From assembly GCA_963713045.1 (NCBI GenBank), contig CAVQKE010000003.1, positions 320,001 to 384,000 on the forward strand: 64,000 bases of DNA, in the 5' to 3' direction. The notes below the pieces were generated by a model. The model searched no databases. It saw only the letters and a list, made by a program, of their open reading frames with translations, and was not told the DNA's origin. Source of the stretch: an uncultured delta proteobacterium. Its GTDB lineage: Bacteria > Myxococcota > Myxococcia > Myxococcales > Myxococcaceae. Positions 60,326 through 64,000 of this stretch are shown piece after piece (positions within the stretch are counted from its first letter, which is position 1; each line of letters opens with the position of its first letter). The translations under genes and the position numbers were made by a program.

Positions 60326-63300
60326 CGTCCGCCTTCTTTGCGCCGGGCGCCAATGCGGCAGAGGGCCCCATAGGGGCAAAACCCGCAGTCCACCGGGCGC
60401 GCCCCAAAGTCCCCGCGGCGGCTGTGCTGGACAAGCTGGTGCACGGCGTTGGCCAGGTTGGGCAGGCCTTCCGCCTGGGCCCGGGCCCGGGTGGGCCCAT
60501 CCATGGCCAGCAGCAGTGGCTGGCCGGAGGGCACTTCGAAGGGCTGGAATTCGCCGGACTTCAGCACCAGCCATCCGGCGCGCAGCGGCCGCGTCTCGCC
60601 CCGCGCGCGGACGGCCCACAGGTAGAAGGGCAGCTGGAAGTCGGTGATGAGGAGTTCGCGCGCCGCGTCCCGGCGCCGGCTGGCCTTGTAGTCCAGCACG
60701 CCCACTGCGGCCGAGCCGGCATCCAGCCGGTCCACCGTCCCGGTGAGGCAGAGTTCCGTCTCCTCCGGCAGGGCCGCTTCCAGGCGTACCTCGCGCCAGC
60801 CTTCTTGGGCGCTGGGCCGCCCGAAGGTGGCTTCCACTTCCACCGGCGCCAGCCCCGCAAACGGCAGGCCGTGGTGGGGGGCGTCCAGCACCCGCCGCAC
60901 CATCCACCGCGCGCGTTCGCGCGCCAGGGAGAAGAGGCGCGGATGGCCTGGGCTAAAGCGCGCCTGAAGCACGCGGGCCCCGTCGTCCAAGGCTGCCTCC
61001 ACCAGCGACGTCGGCACGTCCCGGAAAGGCCGGCCGAGAAGGCCCGCGGACGCAAGCCGTGGCAACAGGCTTTCCAGCACCGCGTGCCAGAAGCTGCCCT
61101 GTCCTCGCGCATCCAGGGCTTCGCCCGGCGCCTCCGGGGCCTCGAGGCGAAGCGTGCTGTGGGAAAAGCCTTGGAAAGCGCACCGGCCAAACTTGCCCAG
61201 GGTGCTGGCGGACAGCGGGGAGTCCGGCCCATAGGCGTAGGCCTGGGCCAGCGCGGGGGCCAGGTCCGCGTCCGTCACAGCCCCGCTGAAGCGGCCACTG
61301 GGCAACTCCGGGTCAAGGAAGGCGCGCAGGCGCTCGGCCTCCATGGCGCCCAGTGCGCGGGCCTCCACCAGCCAGCCTTCCTGCAGCCGGTCGAAAAGGG
61401 CACGGGCCCAAGCGTCCGGGACGTCCGCGGTGCCGGCCAGGGCCACCGCCTCCCGAAGCTGCGCCTCGGAGGCAGTCCGGACGAGGGGCACCACCGCAGC
61501 GTCCGGGACGTCCACCCGAGACACGCCAGCGCTTTTGGCGAAGGCCTCGAGGAAGGAGGCCGCTGCGGCAACGTCCTGGAAGCCGTCGTCGCGCGCGAAG
61601 CCCACCGCTGCTGCGTGGGCGCGGCCGAGGGCCACCCCGAGACGCCAGCCGTCCAAGGCCAGCGCCGCCGGCGGCCGGACGTCCGCCGAGCCGTAGCGGA
61701 GGGGAAAGGCGTCCCGCCCCAACGCGCGGTTGAGGTGGTGCCGGTCCTCGTCCGTCAGGGCCCCGGTACGGGCCAGCGGACGCGGGAAGCGGCCCTCGGC
61801 CAGCGCCACCGCGCCCAGCCAGGCAAACGGGCCCGCCTCGACGGCTTCCTCATAAAGGAGGACGGGCAGCCCACCCGGGTGCCCGGCCTCCGGTGGCAAA
61901 CGGTGGCCGGCAGCGGCCTGGGAGAGGAACGCCGCGAAGCCGGAGCGCTTCATCAGGGGGCCGCCGGTGCCCAGCGCCGCAAGGGCCCCCCGCGCCTGGC
62001 GCAGCAGGGCCCGCCAGGCCTCCCGGGCCTGCGCCTCCCGGGCAAGCACGCGGCACGCGGCGTCCGCAGGCGGCCCGGCGGGAAAAGGCGCCGCCGGTGG
62101 GGCGTCCCAGAAGCCCAAGGCGGACAGGGCACGCTGCCAGGCGTCGAGGTGTGCGGACAGCGTGGCTTGGGCCGGAAGTGCGCGCAGCACGGAGAAGAGG
62201 GCTTCGCAGGCAGAGAGCAGCCGCAGCACCTCGGCCCCTCGCTCCGTCCGTCCGCCCCGGCGGGCCAGGGCCTGCAGTCGCTCCCGGTAAGCCCCTCGCC
62301 CACCACTGCCACCGAGGGCCTCGTCGCGGACGCCGGCCCTCTCCAAAAGCGCGAGCGCTCCCTTGGACGCGCCGGGCGGCAGCGCGGGGAGAAGCCCGCT
62401 GGCCAACAGCCACGCCACCTCCTCTCTTGGGAAGGCGGCGTCCTGCAGGCGCGCCGCCAGTACCCCCAAGCGTCCAGCTGCCGTGGAAGACAGGGTCCGC
62501 GCCGGGCGTGTCCCCACGGGTAGGCCGGCGGCGCGCAGGGCCGCCACCGTCGCCTCGGCGGCGCCCGCCTCCGGGACGAGGACGGCACAGTCGGCCGGCG
62601 AGGCACCAGCCCGTACCGCCGCCCGCGCCTGGTGGGCCACCACCTGCGCCGCGGCGTCCGCGGTGGCCGCGCTAAAGGCCAGCACCGGACCGCCCTCGGG
62701 CGCCGGCCGGCCGAGGGTTTCCACGGCCTGGGCCAGCGGCGCCCCGTCCGGAGGCAACTCCCGCTGCAGCAGAAGGGGCGACAACTCGGCGTGGGCCTCT
62801 AAGGCCACAAACAGCGGCTCCAGTGCTGCGTCCAGGGTGGCCTCGCCAGTGGCGAGCACCTCCAACCGCACCGGGCGCCCGACGCGCTCGGCCAGCCGGC
62901 CCAGGGCCACCACGGCCTGCAACTGCACTGCGGCAAACGGCGGGTGCAGACGCAGGTGCAGGGCCCCAAAGGGCGCAAGCGCCTGCGGCCAGGCTTCCGC
63001 TGAGGCCAGGGCTGCGCGGGCGTCGTCCCACTGCCCGGCCGCGTCGGCCAAGCCGCGGCGGTGCAGCAGGCTTTCATAAGCCTCCAGGGCCTCGGCCACC
63101 GCGCGCAGGCGCTCGGTGGCGGCCCCACCGACTTGCTTCGCGACCACCTCCAACCGCCGCGCACGGACGCGGCCAAGGCGCGCTTCCTGGACGGCGTCCG
63201 CCCAGCCGGAGAGGCGCTCCACGTCAGACGCGCCCAGCGCGCCGCTGGCTTCCGTCACCACCGCCACCGCCAGCCAGCAGCCGAGGGTGTCCAGCGTGCG

Positions 63301-63444
63301 GCGCGCGTCCGGGCCGTCGGCCGCCAGCCTCTGGACGAATTCTTCCAGGGGCCAAACGGTGGCCCCTTCGGGTACGCCCCGCGGCGGGCGCCGGCCACCG
63401 GACACGGGGCTGACCCACAACAGCTGTCCCTGCATGTCCGCCAT
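60322..63444 (-). CDS. addB: AddB-like protein with C-terminal Fe-S PD-(D/E)XK nuclease
   Basis: LSASTL...RCAF, GSFWH, GTVDRLD, LDYK, FQLPFY, CGFCPYGALC; coupled to the helicase gene. Confidence 0.88.
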   Translation of the reverse strand: MADMQGQLLWVSPVSGGRRPPRGVPEGATVWPLEEFVQRLAADGPDARRTLDTLGCWLAVAVVTEASGALGASDVERLSGWADAVQEARLGRVRARRLEVVAKQVGGAATERLRAVAEALEAYESLLHRRGLADAAGQWDDARAALASAEAWPQALAPFGALHLRLHPPFAAVQLQAVVALGRLAERVGRPVRLEVLATGEATLDAALEPLFVALEAHAELSPLLLQRELPPDGAPLAQAVETLGRPAPEGGPVLAFSAATADAAAQVVAHQARAAVRAGASPADCAVLVPEAGAAEATVAALRAAGLPVGTRPARTLSSTAAGRLGVLAARLQDAAFPREEVAWLLASGLLPALPPGASKGALALLERAGVRDEALGGSGGRGAYRERLQALARRGGRTERGAEVLRLLSACEALFSVLRALPAQATLSAHLDAWQRALSALGFWDAPPAAPFPAGPPADAACRVLAREAQAREAWRALLRQARGALAALGTGGPLMKRSGFAAFLSQAAAGHRLPPEAGHPGGLPVLLYEEAVEAGPFAWLGAVALAEGRFPRPLARTGALTDEDRHHLNRALGRDAFPLRYGSADVRPPAALALDGWRLGVALGRAHAAAVGFARDDGFQDVAAAASFLEAFAKSAGVSRVDVPDAAVVPLVRTASEAQLREAVALAGTADVPDAWARALFDRLQEGWLVEARALGAMEAERLRAFLDPELPSGRFSGAVTDADLAPALAQAYAYGPDSPLSASTLGKFGRCAFQGFSHSTLRLEAPEAPGEALDARGQGSFWHAVLESLLPRLASAGLLGRPFRDVPTSLVEAALDDGARVLQARFSPGHPRLFSLARERARWMVRRVLDAPHHGLPFAGLAPVEVEATFGRPSAQEGWREVRLEAALPEETELCLTGTVDRLDAGSAAVGVLDYKASRRRDAARELLITDFQLPFYLWAVRARGETRPLRAGWLVLKSGEFQPFEVPSGQPLLLAMDGPTRARAQAEGLPNLANAVHQLVQHSRRGDFGARPVDCGFCPYGALCRIGARRKEGGR

Positions 63445-63538
63445 GGCCGGCTTCCCCTGTATGGGCCTGGCCTGACAGCCCGGACCTAGGGGGGAACCGG
63501 CCGTCGGCCAGGCCCCGCGGGGAAGGCCCGCCAGTGGG

Positions 63539-64000
63539 TTATGGGACGGGCTGTCCGGGGCAGCGGGCCAGCGCTGAGGCGAAAGCGCCTCGCGCCTCTG
63601 GGCTGAGGGTGGCGGTGTGGGCCACCACCGCAGCGCAGCCTTCGGTGCCCAGCGAAGCCAACGCCTCCGCTGTCCGTCGCTGCAGCGGGACGCCAGCGGA
63701 GGCCAACACAGGCCGCAGCACGCCCACCGCCTGCGCCGCGGGCAGCGTCAGGGCGACGGCGCGAGCGGCCGCGGTGCGCACAGCCAGCGGCTGCGTGACA
63801 TCGGCCACGTCTGCGGTGGCGATGGGGGCCGCGCGGGAAGCGTCCACCAAGGCCAGGGCGCGCAGCGCGCGCGCCCGGCGGGAGGGCAGCGCGTCGTTTA
63901 GGGCAATGGAAGCCAACAGCGGCGCAGCGTCCGGGCCCAGCGCCTTCCAGCGTGCGTCGGAAATGGGCACGTCAATGGTGCTGAGGTACGTCTCCACCGT
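63539..64000 (-). CDS. HEAT-repeat-like protein (5' part outside the window)
   Basis: Helical repeats RARALRAL, VRTAAARAV, QRRTAEAL; ORF open at the window edge. Confidence 0.65.
   Translation of the reverse strand, partial: TVETYLSTIDVPISDARWKALGPDAAPLLASIALNDALPSRRARALRALALVDASRAAPIATADVADVTQPLAVRTAAARAVALTLPAAQAVGVLRPVLASAGVPLQRRTAEALASLGTEGCAAVVAHTATLSPEARGAFASALARCPGQPVP

Overview
High-GC bacterial chromosome segment, most likely Myxococcota (Myxococcaceae-like, judged from the CdnL, PilZ and TonB-like proteins and the gene order). About 1-10 kb is accessory-looking: glutaredoxin, DyP peroxidase, CHRD lipoprotein, ATP-dependent DNA ligase, an aldo/keto-reductase stub and a three-gene two-component cluster. 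About 10-53 kb is housekeeping: pdhABC, a ccsA-like gene with hemACD followed by an orphan gspE, trxA, mgtE, mreCD-mrdA-rodA, a PpiD-like PPIase, a diguanylate cyclase, maf, yggS, a chromate transporter, uvrBC, cysS, cdnL, thiolase, aldehyde dehydrogenase and purA. The right end holds a probably exported, membrane-anchored CHAT (caspase-like) protein and an AddAB-like helicase-nuclease pair. I recognised no rRNA, tRNA, CRISPR array or IS element. Most notable observations: (1) the AddA-like subunit keeps four Fe-S-type cysteines but seems to have lost its nuclease catalytic motifs; (2) a histidine kinase and a stand-alone HPt protein each carry Gln at the phospho-His position; (3) the CHAT protein has a signal peptide and a C-terminal anchor; (4) the window strongly avoids GATC, except in an indel-riddled patch of gspE that looks like an assembly chimera. 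All calls come from manual motif recognition; no database search was run.
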